From the NCBI GenBank assembly GCA_965644265.1, contig OZ286459.1, forward strand, positions 88,226,001 through 88,290,000: 64,000 nucleotides of DNA, read 5' to 3'. The notes below the pieces were generated by a model. The model saw nothing but the letters and a program-made list of their open reading frames with translations. It searched no databases and was not told the DNA's origin. Every line of letters begins with the position of its first letter. Within the stretch, counting starts at the first letter, position 1. Positions 48,501 through 62,705 of the stretch are shown piece by piece. The stretch comes from Glycera tridactyla. Its lineage: Eukaryota. A program made the translations under genes and the position numbers.

Positions 48501-51500
48501 GGTCCCTATTAATGGAGAATGAAGTACATCAGGTCTCAATCTGGCCGGTAGATTTTGCGTCACCCGTCGGCAATTGCTATCAAATTAAAATGAAATTCAC
48601 GGACAAGCTTTCTTGACAAGCGTCTCGACTGGTAATTTGATATCGCTGAAGTTCACGTGCATATTTAACACTGTCGGCCACTTCCATCTGGTGATCTTTT
48701 TGCTTCTTCATCAGGTTGTATTCGATGTTTGTAAGAGTGATGCCTGCGGGGGAGTTTGAAGCTTTCGTTGATCTGCAACACAAACCTTACATAATTCTTT
48801 GAGCTAACCGATCAAGCATTCCCTTCTGGAAATGTTCACGTCACTCATACACAGATCATACGTATAACTTTAACACATTTGATGGANNNNNNNNNNNNNN
48901 NNNNNNNNNNNNNNNNNNNNNNNNNNNNNNNNNNNNNNNNNNNNNNNNNNNNNNNNNNNNNNNNNNNNNNNNNNNNNNNNNNNNNNNNNNNNNNNNNNNN
49001 NNNNNNNNNNNNNNNNNNNNNNNNNNNNNNNNNNNNNNNNNNNNNNNNNNNNNNNNNNNNNNNNNNNNNNNNNNNNNNNNNNNNNNNNNNNNNNNNNNNN
49101 NNNNNNNNNNNNNNNNNNNNNNNNNNNNNNNAATAAATTCTCGAAGCGTGAAACATCCATATACGAATGCATATGTAGTGGTTTACACTCTAGTGCTCCT
49201 ACTTCTTACAAGCACAACTGATGCAAAAATCACATTTTCTACCTGGTCTCATCCCTCTTAACCCAGATTCTATTCACCGAGAGCAGTAGGTACCAATCCT
49301 CTGTCTGCGTCTCTGTCTGTGTCTCAGTATATCTGTCTGCCTGTCTGCCTCTTCCCCTCCCTTGCCCATCTCTCACATTGGTATATACATCATTGTTATC
49401 ATATTGCCCTTCACACTACCTGCTAATGTCCGAGACCAGGTTAGGACGGATCAGAAGATGGCTATATCGTATTAAGGAAAATAGAACTGATGGTAACTTG
49501 CAATGTGGAGGGAAAACATTTGAAACTTCAAAATCGTCATCAGCATTGAGTTATATCATATCTCATTCCAAACATAAGCCACGAAAAGAGAGCAACTTGA
49601 TATGGAATATCTCTATTTTCCTCTCTTCTGTTATCTCCCTCTTTCTGCATCTGTCTGTATGCCTGTCTGTATGTCTGTCTCTTTGTCTCTCTGCCTCTCT
49701 GTCTCTCTCCCTCCCTCTCCTCCCTCTCCGTCTCTCTCTNNNNNNNNNNNNNNNNNNNNNNNNNNNNNNNNNNNNNNNNNNNNNNNNNNNNNNNNNNNNN
49801 NNNNNNNNNNNNNNNNNNNNNNNNNNNNNNNNNNNNNNNNNNNNNNNNNNNNNNNNNNNNNNNNNNNNNNGGAACCGATCCGGGGCGACCCTCGTGGAGA
49901 ACGTGTTTTATCGCCTCTTTGGCCAACATCAGTTGTTGACATAGGCGGATGAGTATGGGTATAAACTATCGCCTGGTGGGGGTTTATCACCAACGTATAT
50001 TATGGATTATACCTAATTCGCTCGTAAAATGTACTATCAACGCTCGTCGACTTCTGTAATGTGCACTCCATTTGACAAGGTAAATGTTGGAACAACACCT
50101 GGTGGCGAATGATAGCTGTGAGAGGTGTACTTGCCGCCAGGGGACGCGGCCTCGAATACACTCTGGTTGTAGCCTGTGTCCTGAAACAGACCGCTAGATG
50201 GCAAGGCAAGCAGCTACCGCATCGACCGTGCGCCATCTGGTGATTCAGGTCGGGAACCGAACGAGGTTCATGGTTTATCATTCGCTCATCCAGCTCTATG
50301 TTGATTGCGGGAAACTAAATTATTTCTCGATGTCAGAATGATAATGGGAATGTTCACAAAATAAATGTTCCTACTGAAAAAAATGATGTAAACGAGAATA
50401 TGCTCCTGCCTATTCACCGTTGCTTCCATTTATTCCGAGATATACTGTGATGGGAAACTTTTCTGTCACCGATTGCAAAATTGGGCTCGATTTCCATATA
50501 TCTGATTTAGGGTTCACTATCTTCTTGTTATATGCATCACATCTTTTGGCGTGATGTGAACTATTGTTTTCGTCCCCACTCTACCGCCGTTGCTGCTTAG
50601 GCACGTGGGCTTTGACGTCACTCTTGTGACGCAAGTTGCGTGTGTTATTTCCTCATCACCTGGAGTAGCCATACAAATGTACTTGTCAACTGACCATCAC
50701 ACGGGCTTCCTAACACCCTCTCTTTAAATGTCAACCACACTCATCACCGGGCCAAGACGACAGACAACACTCTGTTACAATTGAAGCACCGCACTCGTCC
50801 GAAAGACAAATAGTATATCATTGGGTTTGACTTTAGTATTTGGCCGTCGCATATTTTGCACTACAAAGAATTTAATGTACATTGGAAGTCTGTTCTGGTT
50901 TCCTGCCCAACTGCTACATTGAAATTAGTATCCACTGGATCATTCACCCATCAATTTATTCATGTATTTTTCCATCCATCCATCCATTCTCTTAGCCACC
51001 AACTCACTCATCCGTCCATTCTTCTACTCCTATCTATCTAGGTCTAAACGTATCTCATATGCATGCATACATGCATACACACATACATATACATACACAT
51101 GCATACATGCACACATTGTACACGCGTGCTCTCAGGCATCGCATAAAGGCATGCATCTCTGAATGCACACAACTCCAACCTATATAGAAGTATCCATCAT
51201 GTAACTAAAAATAGTAACATACTTCACAATTCGCGCATTCATTATAAAAAGAGATGTCATTCATGGTGTAGTCAGTGTGCATCTATCTCGGAAGGTCCAA
51301 TGTCACAGCGATGTAATAGAATGACCCCGTGAGCATTAACAAATCAAATCATGACATATAAATCAATTTTGCTTGGTGCACTCTGGAGACTGGCCACCAG
51401 TTTTTCTGGTGGTGTATGCAGCGGGGCTCATTACCGGAGCACGTGGCCCCTATACACGCAGGCACTCACGCCGACCTCCATCCAATTAAAGAAGGATTAT

Positions 51501-52871
51501 CCGGCAACCAGCTCCACATCACTGATAAGCCCTTTCCATCCTCACATCAACTGCCACCCATCTGCTTATTTACTTCACTCAGGCTCAGACATTCTAACAT
51601 TCGTTAACTTTCCAAAATGACCAGCGTGTCATACCACAAATGGTGATGATTCCATGTATAATTCTGTGAGCCCTCGAAAAGATGTTCTCCAAGAGCCAAT
51701 TTCATCAACAGGTGGCTGCAGTCCACATGGTGCATGTTATCTCAATTGTACTCTTGGAAAACCATGATGAACAATGTTTTTACTTTTTGTTGAGTGCGCA
51801 TGCATCTGAAATGGACACGAGACCTCACGATATGCCAGACCTTGGATCATCGGTTGGCCCGGGCCCTTGACCCCATTCCCGCTCTCTTTCGGCCCATGGA
51901 TATCTCCCATTATGGGTCAGCAGGTCCAGCTCTCTCGTATCTGTTAACATCGATACAAAGCATATGCGCCATGTTATATCTAGTTCATGAGTCACAGGAG
52001 CTGACCCGCCTGGAACCAGTTCTCTGGTTCATTTCATAGAAGACGGGTCGGTTCATTTTTCTGACGGTCAAGGTACAAGATTGCGTGCAGATTGCCACAA
52101 GTTGGGAAAATGGAATCGATCTTTCGTGTTAATCTATATTTCATATGGAGACAATGGGCGTGATCAAAAATGCAGAGTGTTGATATATCATGAAATCTAT
52201 CGGGCACTTCGACCTTGGGGAAGGGGGGGGGCTAATTCATACACTGCGAATGTTTGTGAAGTCAAAATAGAATGGGTATATTTTCAGCGCAGCATCGCGT
52301 GTTGGCGTCCGATTGTAATGAAACTAACGGAATTTGTCGACATCTCCGGCGACTTGAAATGTAATCTTGGTGTATTTCAGTTGTACATTTCACCTCGCGC
52401 GAAAAACATGTCGATTTCACGTGGTGTTTTTTCTTCTTCGCAGCGGCCGTATCCCCATTGTCTTGCCATATGAAGCTAGGTCAACGTAAGCATCATATTT
52501 GGTTTTGGCAGTTTATAGTTATCATTATTATTATCATTGTTATCATCATTATGATTCTTATTATTGTTATCATCATATAATCAATATCATCAAGGTCCCA
52601 GTAGAAAAGCAATCATAGATAGTATCAGAGGAGTATTGTTTTCGATGGACCACCTAATGAACCACCTTTTTCATCAGATACAGGGGAGTGAATTGTAGCA
52701 CAATAGTGAGCAAATCTTTCTCGGCATCAGACGGATCAGGTTTGTTGATGATTAGATACTGGACCTACATATTGACGTACCTGACCTACTCCAATCATGC
52801 CATGAGGCTTGTGGACTCTCCCGACAGATAAGACAGCCTCATGATTGAATCTGTCAAAAATACTGACCCTG

Positions 52872-53045
52872 GTTGATTGATTGTTTGAGGTTTAACGGCA
52901 TGTATCAACCCACAGGATTATTTATGCCGTGTGTTCCTGCTTAATGAAAGCTAGATGTTCTCTCCCCTGCAGACATCACTCTCACAAACCCTGAACACAA
53001 GATGATGGGGAACCTGAAAGGTTGTCAAGTGGAAGTAGCTGACAG
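52872..53045 (-). mobile_element. SINE/LINE-like 3' end, dispersed family B (inverted copy)
   Basis: Reverse complement matches 12927-13075, including the (CAAT)n tail at ~52872. Confidence 0.7.
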
Positions 53046-53939
53046 TTCAAACACACCTCTACCTAATCTAAACATATACAAATAAACCTAAGATGGCATA
53101 TCTAACTATATAGCTGGCTGGAAGCTAACACCCAAGCCTGATAGCAATGCATTTTTTTTTTCGCAAAACGCAGCACTTGACACACGGAAAAGCATTAGGT
53201 TTGGAGAATACTCAACCGAAGTGTTCAATTACAAACTGCCAACTTCAAACCAGCTTTACAATAATTTCATGCCCTATACTCGCAGTACGATGCCATCACA
53301 CATCCTAGTAACCTAGTCATCAGCCCTAGTAACCCAGAACTGGTGTGCTTGGTACCCGCTTTTTTGCATAGTGACAATATCTGCAACAGGCAAACCGTTA
53401 GCTACCTACACCGGAGACCATTTCTCTGGAGAAATAAGAAGGAGCTCAGAGTGATAGAAAAGAGGTGAAGAGAAAGAAACCATGGTGATAGTGTAATTTC
53501 GGTAGAAATTGCCTAAAGACAGATGACAGAAATTCGGAAGGTATGTTTTCATTCAACCCCCACACCAAAAAACTATTGAGAAAAAGAGAAGGGATGATGC
53601 TACATCTAGGCCACATCATCCCCGATGGCAACACTTCAAAGAGAAAGACCCGCGCCAATTGGTGGCTGCCTTCTGTAGAGACCCTGGACTCCCACCCTAC
53701 CCACTACTGACCCTGGACACTTACAATCTTCCTTGATGTATTCATATATTGAAGTCTATTTGGAAATTTGTCACTTTTGTACGTTTCCAAATAAGGCATA
53801 AACTACGATAAAAGTGGTGATTTGGAGAACATGAGTCATAATGGGTTCGACGACCCTTCACCTTCAAAAGCAGACCCCAAGGTCGCCAGAAGAATGTTTT
53901 CAATGTAGCAGTAGAAGAGGGTCTAAGTACGAGACAAAT

Positions 53940-54100
53940 CTCGTAGCCAATAAACCATCAAATATCCGTCGCCACGTGCGCCTTTTGTTAGCGAGACAAG
54001 AAAGAAAATCGATGTCATATTGAACTCTGAATACCGGACGTGACGTCAGCCGGGTTGCCATAACAATGGCACGCCGTTTTGTCTGCTTTCGAGAGGTAAT
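53940..54100. promoter_or_regulatory. CpG-rich candidate promoter with E-box, CRE and X-box-like site; possible first coding exon 54066-54095 (+)
   Basis: CACGTG 53973-53978, TGACGTCA 54041-54048, GTTGCCATAACAAT 54054-54067 (one mismatch to the RFX X-box), acaATGg Kozak context, MARRFVCFRE then AG|GTAAT donor. Confidence 0.42.
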
Positions 54101-57100
54101 CAATTTACTTCACTCTCTTTGAACTTCACTTTGAACTGCCGACAAGCTTGTCCACATGAAAGTGTTGCGAAGAAACGTGGCTGATATGGTGAGGTGAGAT
54201 ATTTCACGAGGTGAAAATCCATTAGATCGTTATTTCCGTATATTGTTTTGCTGTACAGGTGACATCAGATTTTCTACATCTTCCGAGAGTATCATTGTGC
54301 TTATTTCGCAGGAAAAAAAAGAGTCCACTTGAGTCCACTCGGAAGTATAAACAGTTCAAACAATCTTTATTGAACCCTTTGAAGGAGGCCATACAAAGTA
54401 GACTTTTTCGTCCTGAGAAGAGTGCTAAATCAGGAAATCAAGGACATATGACGAGTGTAAAGGGGAGAGATGTTAGTAGCAAGTGGAAGTGAATAGTAAA
54501 GTTGTGCTGATACTACGCTCAATTTGTTCGCTTATGTATTCTCGAAACCTAACACATCTAGCTGATTACATGAATATTCATGCCACCAGTCGATTCATCT
54601 GCATCACTCTATATAGATGTAACTGTGTGTTAACCTGTGGCTACCTCCATACTACATCCTCTCTGGTGCCTCTCATCTTGTGTTCATGGTTTGTGAGAGT
54701 GATGTTTGCAGGTATCAGACCATCAAGACCTCAAATACCATATACGTGATCATTTGCTACATTCCGTTGAACCCAAATTAAGCAAGGAAGTCACTGTGGT
54801 TTCCATTCACACAACTTTCATTCAACGGAAGGTTTTTCGAGTTCATTTTTTCCGGATGACAACAGATACTAGGAGAATCTAAGATAGCGTTCGGGTACAA
54901 CTCAAGGCAGGACGCAGTTTGACACATCTCAAAGTTTCTGATAGAGTCTGTGTTTACAAGAAATTTGCAGTGTATGGTGATATTAGAGGGTCACCCCTTA
55001 AATCCTGAAAGTAATGAGATTAACAAACAAGTTCAATGAAATTTGCAGGTAGTCATGTCGGTACGACACACCCATGATCATGATCCACTTAAGCGTTTCT
55101 GGATATTGGTAATATTTTCAGAAAACTATTCCTGAAGTTTCTCGAATGAAGGGAATCATCCTGCGGGAAGGGGTGATGCGAATTGAAAAACGTTCGTCAT
55201 TCACTGATTTGTAGTCTATGGTATATTTCCTTTTTTTGGCCAATGGCTAGCCATTTTCATGATGTCTTTGATGTTCTAGCTTGTTCCTCACGCTTGCTGG
55301 GACATCAAAATTCAAATTAAAGGAGCATGTAACTGAAATCAGCTCCTAAAACGAGAAGATGAATTAGTGTGTCATGCCACCAGGCTCCTTCAAACATTTT
55401 ATCATGGGTTCATAGATATCACTCATGATGATGGCTATTATTTTTCACCATATTCATAACATTCATTCTATCACCACACTTCATCGTGTATTTCAACTCT
55501 TTCCTTGTTTTGTCATATGTACGCTCTCGTTATGTGATCGTCAAACTGATAAAGGACATATGTATGTATATGTGTGTAAATTACATTGACGTTTCAAAAT
55601 ATAAGTTTAAAAACAAAGACAAAACAAACAATAGCCCATCTCAGCCTTATGTCCATCGGAAAACTTAAATACGAAATACAATAGCCAGTATTTGTTCGAG
55701 GACATCTTTAGAATCATCCTTGTCATGTACGCTTTCCCAAGCATTCTCACAGCCACGTAAAAGACCCACCATTGCTGACAACATCACGTGATTATTCCGC
55801 GGACTGCCAATTAGGTATCCGAATAACGTTCAATATAAATCAATCATTTATACAAGCAGGCTATGTCAACTGAAGACAATGTAGCCGCGATAATGACCTC
55901 TCATTTCATGGCGAGCGATGCGCTGTGTTGTATACTATGGCGGGTTGACACGTGAGCAGCATTGTGCTTTGACACACATGGCAGGCCCCTGAGTTGTCGT
56001 AGCAGGGAATGTGCCCGAACATCTCATTTATTCTCATTAGTGCCATATATGTGCACTGCATAATGCGCACACCATGGCAACAGAAATCAATAATATAACA
56101 TCAGGCATCCATTTCAAAGACGTTCAACGTTCTCTGATCACGGTTTTATGCAATTTATCACCACCGCGCGTTGACGGTAAATATTCCACAGCTAAAAAAG
56201 AAAAAAGAATCAATTTCTATGGAAGCTTTAGACTCTCTCTGATGAACGCAATTCGAGAATGAATGAATTCCCATTTGAAAAGGTATGTCACACTGTTGAT
56301 CGAAGACAATCTTTCAGGCGAATATTTCAGGTTATATGAAGAACAAACTATAGGGAGAATAGTGGCACAGAAGCTGTATTTCATAATACATGCGAATAAA
56401 TATTATGATGTGAACGGGGGTCAATTATCATACGAATCTTTCGACTCACTGCTGTGAAAGGTCCTGAAAATCTACAAATTGATTTTCAGATGTTTTTTTT
56501 GAGAAAAATAGTTCTGAGATGCCCTGCATATGATAGCATTCATGGAATTGACAGAATGAACCTTTGGACAGGATATCAACTCCTTCAATCAATCAATCAC
56601 TATGACCTTTGTGCCTAGATAGCAGAGCTAACGTATAGATGTGGCAGTCATGACCGATACTACAGCATCCAGAGTGTCACTCCGACATCTGTCAGATCCA
56701 GTATACAACAAAATATGTTGGTTGGGTGTGACTTTCGGGTCTATAATCCGGAAATGGAAATATGTNNNNNNNNNNNNNNNNNNNNNNNNNNNNNNNNNNN
56801 NNNNNNNNNNNNNNNNNNNNNNNNNNNNNNNNNNNNNNNNNNNNNNNNNNNNNNNNNNNNNNNNNNNNNNNNNNNNNNNNNNNNNNNNNNNNNNNNNNNN
56901 NNNNNNNTGGGCTTTTATCTGGCGACTTCCTTTATCAAATAATTTCAACTTTTTCCACCCTTATGTCCAGCCAGTGTCTCGTCTAGGTATATGCTGTGCG
57001 AGTCAAGCGCATGACACAATTGCCATGTCATTTATTTCTCCAGATACCCACTCCATCATCTCTACTCCAAATGTGCATACGTCATCATTCTCTGTGAGGT

Positions 57101-57369
57101 CCATTTCAAGAAGTGGGCGTGCCTTCAAAGCCACTGTGAGGGTTCTGCATACCGATGCTTTCGTCAAATTGGCGGTTTCGGAGACAGGCGTCCGCGAATG
57201 TCGGCGCTACGTAGATAGTAGTGAATCTATCCCCTTGGATGTGCTGGGAAGGAGTGAACTCATGACTCAGCCCCATGCTCCCGGGATGACAAGAGCGTGT
57301 TAATGCTGAAGATCCCTTGTCAACCTCCCGGTTTACTCTAGAATAGCTAATGACAGTGAGGGTCGAGAG

Positions 57370-58760
57370 TTCACTATGCCATAGCACCTCATCTCTACAT
57401 GATAGATCGCATGGAATCTTGTCTCCAGATGACGATATGTTGCGACATTTCCTCTTGACATGGCAATGAACACAATGACCACATAGCGTAGCATTTCTAG
57501 GTTGCAACGACCATATAGCATCCCCTCTATGGATGGCACTGGTCACATGACAGCTCCTCTTCAAATGACAATGATCACAGGACATCCATCCATTATCTAA
57601 ATGATAATTATCTCATAGCATCTCCAAATGACGATGACCACATAACATCTACTTCCTAATTGACTATGATCTCATAACGACTAATATCTCAATAGCGATG
57701 ACCATATAGCATCTCCTCTTCAAATGACAATGATAACAAAGTATGATCCCTGATTGGCAATATGCCATGATCATATAGCATATCTTTTCTTTGCGAAAAT
57801 CATATAACATTGCCTATCTAAGATGCAATGATCATATAGCATCTCTTCTTTGAATTGCAATAATCATATGATATTCTCCTATCTAAAATGCAATGATAGC
57901 ATCCCTTGCTTGAATTACAATAATTATATGACATTTCCTATCTAAAATGCAATGATCATATAGTATCTCTTGTCTGAATTGCAATAATCATATGACATTT
58001 CCTATCTAAAATGCAATGATCATACAGCACCTCTTCTTCAAATGACGATGACAAATGAGAATTACAAGATAGTATCTCTTCTCTCTATGGCATATGATCA
58101 TTCAACATATCTCAGAATGACAGTGTTCACATAACACCTCCTCTCTACACGACAATGATCATATGGCATCTCTCTGAATGACAATGGTCGAATGACACTC
58201 CTTTCTGGATGATAAGAGTCACACAGCATCTCTAATCTGGATGGCGATGATCACATAACATCTCTCTGATTGAAGATAATCACACAGCATCTCCTCTCTA
58301 AATGGCGATGGTCATATGACATCTCTCCGAATGACAATAGTCACACAGCATCTCCTCTCTAAATGGCGATGGTCATATGACATCTCTCCGAATGACAATA
58401 GTCACACAGCATCTCCTCTCTAAATGGCGATGATCATATGACATCTCTCCGAATGACAATAGTCACACAGCATCTCCAATCTAAATGGCGATGACCATAT
58501 GACATCTCTCTGATTGAAGATAATCACACAGCATCTCCTTTCCAAATGGCGATGATCATATGACATCTCTCAGAATGACAATAGTCACACAGCATCTCCA
58601 ATCTAAATGGCGATGATCATATAACATCTCTCAGAATGACAATAGTCACACAGCATCTCCAATCTAAATGGCGATGGTCATATAAATATCTCTTTGAATG
58701 TCAATTGTAACACAGCATCTTCCCCTTAAATGGCCACGATCATGAAGCGTCTCCTCCTAA
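57370..58760. repeat. Diverged tandem array of ~30-bp monomers, homogenised as a 61-bp dimer in its right part
   Basis: GTCACACAGCATCTCCTCTCTAAATGGCGATGGTCATATGACATCTCTCCGAATGACAATA repeats with period 61 at ~58270-58720. Related, more diverged ...GATCATATAGCATCTC... units lie to the left. Confidence 0.9.
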
Positions 58761-61194
58761 AATTCCATCGATCATATTTCTGTTCGAAGAAATGTTCATA
58801 TTTGTGTCAAAATGCTCTCCATTCCCATGATACATAAAGCAGCTAGGTAAGAACGGGTGTCATTTGGAGGTCAAAGTCAAAGGTGATCTTGAAGGTGAAA
58901 TAGAGGAGTCTGGTGAAAAAAGAGTAACGAAGTGGGAATAAGACCACTCGGGGCTTGTCGTAAATGAATGAATATTCATTCTGATGGCAATTTATCTGGA
59001 CAGGTTTAGAGAGGGCGGTGTATTTTATGTCCATCTATTATTAATGCAGGCACCTCGCCTATGTCGTAATGGATCATACGGCGATATAACGTGCTCGTAA
59101 TGAAGCAGAAGGCTCGACTTTTATTATGTTTTATATAGCAACTCTGCCTTGCCTGGCCCTATTTCTCCATCAAACAAAGGGTCATATGCATGCGTCCCCT
59201 GTGTGTATGGTATATATGACATACACATACACAAAGGAGCGATCTAATCAGATGCACAGTGAGCTGGGTTCCTCTTTGTATTGGTGACCAAAATGGACAA
59301 TGTCGGGTATTCATCATCGGAACCATAACACTACCCACGTCCAGATCATCAAATTCTAATTCAATGCAATATATTTTTATGCTAGTGCTTCTAATAAAAA
59401 TACTAAAGACAAGTGCAGTCCGGGAACAGTGAGCTGTGACGCTTGTGGTACCATACGGCGAAAAAACCCAAATTAAAACGAGCGATAGTGATACTGCACT
59501 ATACGAACTGTACGACTTCATAGATACATGAAATTTGAATTAAATCTGAAATATCTTCATTTCACAATATCTAACAGAATAGGGGTATAGTCACACTAGT
59601 AAATAAAATATCTGCATACGTGGTTTAACATCACATGGCAGCATCGCAGATAGTATACATGGCATGACATCAGCTCTGGGCAGATATCACTGAGTGCAAC
59701 CCATAGAAAACCTTCCTGAATCACGCAGGTTGGAATGGATACACGACTATGTGAAGATAGTGCCTAGTTCTCGAGCATTCTGGATTACATGCTGTACCGG
59801 GCATTCGAAAGGAGGTCAAAAAGGTCTAGAGATTGTATATTCTTGTGCATTTGCCAAAGGGATAACATATTTGTGATATCATTGACATATAATTATATTC
59901 AACACTTATATGCCTGCTAATGTGCAGATAGGGATATGTTCATGCTCGTGACATGGGTCTGGATTGTTGAGTGAATTGTCAATGAGCTCAGGGGCCCAAC
60001 CCATCAAAATACGGATGTACTCAAGAATAGCAGATCTGCACCGGATAGAATGCACATGATATTTGGTGAACGGGTACCGGGGTTGGTGGGGAGACCCTAA
60101 TGAGAACGAATATGCATTCATGCACACATGCAAACAGGCAGACGCAAATATAGGTAGACATCTGTTGAATAGTTAGAGGGCCGAGATGTGAGGAGGCTTG
60201 TTTGTGGTGGTCCCTTATTAATCGGCCGACGTGGGCCGAGACAGGCCCCAGCGACCCACTAATGAGCTCGCAACATACTATATAGGCTATATAAGGGCCC
60301 ATTTCACCCCATTATAGAAACAACTAGGAATAACTCAGAGGCTCTTGGTGGTTATCATATTCTATCATAGCTATATCACTTCAGAATTCCCACGCCAAAT
60401 CGGAGTGTGTATAGACTTGGGTGAATCCGGTCTGTGGTCTCATGCCTTCACTGTGAACATGCATCATAAACATATGATGTGATGATCCGTGTTCATAACC
60501 TAGTAACATCTACGACCCTGAGAGCCAAATTGCAAACAATTACCTATAATGATTTCATACTCTTACTTGATATGTTGGATACATCGAATGTGTATTCATT
60601 GGTTGTAATCTTCATATATGTATTTATTCATCATTGAAGAGGAAAAGACGAAATAAACAGGGGAAATTCCAGGCTTAGCCATTCACCTCATCAGTTGCTC
60701 CCACGTGACTAATCATAGCAACAACCTCACGTGACCAGCCCACAGGCGTTCAATCAAAAGTCAGAAATATGTGTCAGAAATAATTAGATGAACAAAACAT
60801 AGTAACACGGGATCACATCGGAGATGAAAACTTGCAAAAAAGATAATCATGACTCTTATTTGGTTTCATCCTCTTTTGTGCGATTTCGGTGGGATTTGGC
60901 GTTTCTGGTATAGTGTATACTTTCTCCGGGCTCAGTCTATTATGCGGTTCGGTTAAATGTGTTAACACTTTCCTTGTTCATCAGAATATACACACTTGCA
61001 TGAAGTTTGGCCATTCACTGCGATTTGGCATGTGTCGGGTGACACCTGGTTTTAACCGAAGCAACTAATGGTTCCACCTGATCCATTATATGACTAACAA
61101 CATCTCTATGTTCCGGATGGAGGGTGCACTGCATATTTTCACAAAATGATAACGATGGAGATTCATGGTAATTTTTCCAAATCAAATATTGTTG

Positions 61195-61600
61195 GTGAAT
61201 TGTCTCACTCCTATAAACTTGATGGAGCCTCCTCGTGGGTGGCATGCAATCACTTCCGGACTCAGCTGTATAGCATTGTTTACAACATTTAGCAGGGCTC
61301 CTCCTTGGATGAGTGACCAACATGGGCAGTGTTCGCCATTCACTCTGTGAATTGTCTCAGTCCTATCAACATGATGGAGACTCATGGGTGGCTAAGAGGT
61401 GCAGTCACTCCCGTACTCAGCAGTATAGCATTGTCCACAACATTTAGCAGGGCTCCTCATTGGATGCGTGACAAAAATGGGCAGGGTTCACCATTCAGAC
61501 TGAACCTTCACCATTGTACCTATCATTATGTTCTGCGCTTTCCATCAGGGTGGCGCTACTGTGTGGAGGTAACTGAGTGGATCGTCTGTACCCACTCCAC
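61195..61600 (+). repeat. Family A copy with an internal 152-bp tandem duplication
   Basis: GTGAATTGTCTCA at 61195 and 61347; ACAACATTTAGCAGGGCTCCTC.TTGGATG occurs twice. Confidence 0.75.
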
Positions 61601-62519
61601 CCAGGTGTGAATAGGCACTTTGTTTTATGAACCGTGATGATTATTATAAAGTGCTTATGATTTTCTGATTGTGGTTGTACACTCCCCCAAAAGATAGGAA
61701 CGGCACAAGCTTGACCAGGTCTGATAAAGAATATAATTGTGAAGTCAGGTAAAGTTGTCGAGGATACCAGACTGTGAAGCACTATACTGACATCAACATA
61801 CACGTGCATATTATATCGGGCATATGGCGTATGGAGGAGCATAATTTTGCATACACAGTGTCCGGTATGTGTGGTAGATTCTCCGTTTAGCAGCACATGA
61901 CTAATAAATCATCAGCTCTATTGACTTCATATCAACAATCTGTTCATATGCTGTCTGGCATACTTCCTCACTAATAGGAACACTCACTTTTTATCAAGCC
62001 CTCTCAAACGCATTACATATCTCCTCTTATATAGCGGCACAGATACCTCCCATTCCGACATCCATCAGTACTGCTTTCATATCAGGAATAAGTCCTCGGA
62101 GTGGATCCTTCTGTTTCTCCCTGTAGAGGGTCTTACAGCTAAACCTATTCACCTGATTGCATTGCATTCCTTGCCCCCCCCCCCATTCTCTCTCCCTCTC
62201 CCTCTCTCTCTCTCCCTCTTTCTCTCTCTCCCTCCCTCTCTCTTTCTCTTCCTTTATGTTGTTCGACTGCACGGACAGTAATACAATACATCACCTATCA
62301 TGCAAAGAATACAGTCCTCGAGCTTTTGTGGAGAAGGGTGTTATCCGAAATATATATCAAAATGGCAGGGATTACACATTCTGAGCACATTTGTGCTGTC
62401 CTGTAATGGGTGATGGTAGTGTTTATGAGATATTTCATATTCTGTTCAACCCAGAAATGACACCTCGAGTGTCTGTGAATTTTATTAATGTTCGCCTTCT
62501 GTTCGGGACCCCGGAAGAA

Positions 62520-62705
62520 GAAGTCTTGAATGATCCCACGCATGTCCATCGCATGGGCATTACAATGTAGCACGAATGGAACTGACGTGACGTTAAACCC
62601 TCCACAAACCAAAAAAGAAGGAGTCTTGAATGACCCCACCCATGCCCATCGCATGGGCGTCATGATATAGCACAAATGAAACTGACGTGACGTTAAACCC
62701 CTAAA
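62520..62705 (+). repeat. ~100-bp direct duplication ending in GACGTTAAACCC (SINE-tail-like)
   Basis: GTCTTGAATGA.CCCAC.CATG.CCATCGCATGGGC...AACTGACGTGACGTTAAACCC occurs twice. Confidence 0.75.

Larger units (their letters stand above)
8317..56907. other. Eight N-runs (gaps or masking): 8317-8531, 10491-10881, 33266-33399, 38934-39424, 45690-46024, 48887-49131, 49740-49870, 56766-56907
   Basis: Runs of n, mostly flanked by GACA/TCTA/TCCA/TC microsatellites. The coordinates span the whole set, not one continuous feature. Confidence 0.98.

Noticed and set aside
8105-57303. Long ORFs containing X runs
   Set aside because: Artefacts of N-runs and flanking microsatellites.
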